Shown here piece by piece: positions 63,647-64,000 of a stretch of DNA of 64,000 nt. The DNA is from an uncultured candidate division Zixibacteria bacterium (GTDB lineage Bacteria > Zixibacteria > MSB-5A5 > RBG-16-43-9): contig OY970208.1 of the NCBI GenBank assembly GCA_963713865.1, positions 1,472,001-1,536,000 on the forward strand. The letters run 5' to 3'. Made by a program: the position numbers and the translations under genes. The notes below the pieces were generated by a model that saw nothing but the letters and a program-made list of their open reading frames with translations, made no database searches and was not told the DNA's origin. The stretch's first letter is position 1; each line of letters starts with the position of its first letter.

Positions 63647-64000
63647 TTATTGATTTTCCAAGAGTTGATCTTCAGGCACATCTCCCCAGACCTTAGCTGG
63701 AGCACCTAATACTATCTTTTTTGGAGGCGTATCTTTAGTGACTATTGCTCCAGCTGCCACCTGTGAATCTTCAGCGATAACTTTTCCTGGCAGGATTGTA
63801 GCATTGAGCCCAATCCTTCCACCTTTTTTAACTATGACTCCCTTGAAATGTTTAAACCTTTCTTTGTTCCTACCCATATAATTATCATTACTGGTTGCCA
63901 CACAGGGAGCTATAAAACAATAATCTTCTAATTCAGAATAAGCGGTAATATATACATTGGTTTCTAATTTACAGTAAGAGCCGATCTTACAGAAATTTTC
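63647..64000 (-). CDS. Hexapeptide N-acetyltransferase (WbpD-like), 3' part
   Basis: RIGLNATILPG..I...SQVAAGAIVTKD...GAPAK; the frame stays open to the window edge. Confidence 0.85.
   Translation of the reverse strand, partial: ENFCKIGSYCKLETNVYITAYSELEDYCFIAPCVATSNDNYMGRNKERFKHFKGVIVKKGGRIGLNATILPGKVIAEDSQVAAGAIVTKDTPPKKIVLGAPAKVWGDVPEDQLLENQ

Overview
AT-rich bacterial chromosomal segment with about 55 CDS and 3 tRNAs. The gene content (TonB-dependent receptor, PorV/PorQ-like protein, FlgD/T9SS-like C-terminal domains) points to an FCB-superphylum organism, possibly Zixibacteria; this is an inference. In order, the window holds fabF-rnc-acyl-CoA dehydrogenase-lipoate ligase, a four-gene outer-membrane operon (TBDR with Ca-binding-like repeats, CTD protein, PorV/PorQ-like protein, lipoprotein), a GT-C/TPR glycosyltransferase, and DUF1573-rhodanese-DoxX. 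It continues with mtnA, yjbQ, pyrR-pyrB-pyrC with a PyrR attenuator, an S8 peptidase, queT, purD, purE, and lemA-[TIR-like gene + RAYT + REPs]-htpX. Next come GlmU-like/galT/glgA, tRNA-Gly/Cys/Leu with an alkD-like gene, a B12 radical SAM gene, rsmI, an inositol-lipid cluster, tmk, ctpA, tauE/DUF1634, an NTP-transferase/PMM fusion, serS and a 14-kb surface-polysaccharide locus. The highlights are: (1) a TIR/NDT-like gene sitting inside a REP doublet between 13-bp direct repeats, next to a REP-associated tyrosine transposase; (2) the TBDR-CTD-PorV-lipoprotein operon; (3) about 30 GTAG-type REPs of many families; (4) an AUR1-like/PIP synthase/MIPS cluster; (5) a WecA plus degenerate WcaJ-type fusion. 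Three genes carry single-base frameshifts that may be sequencing errors. All calls come from reading the sequence; no database searches were run.
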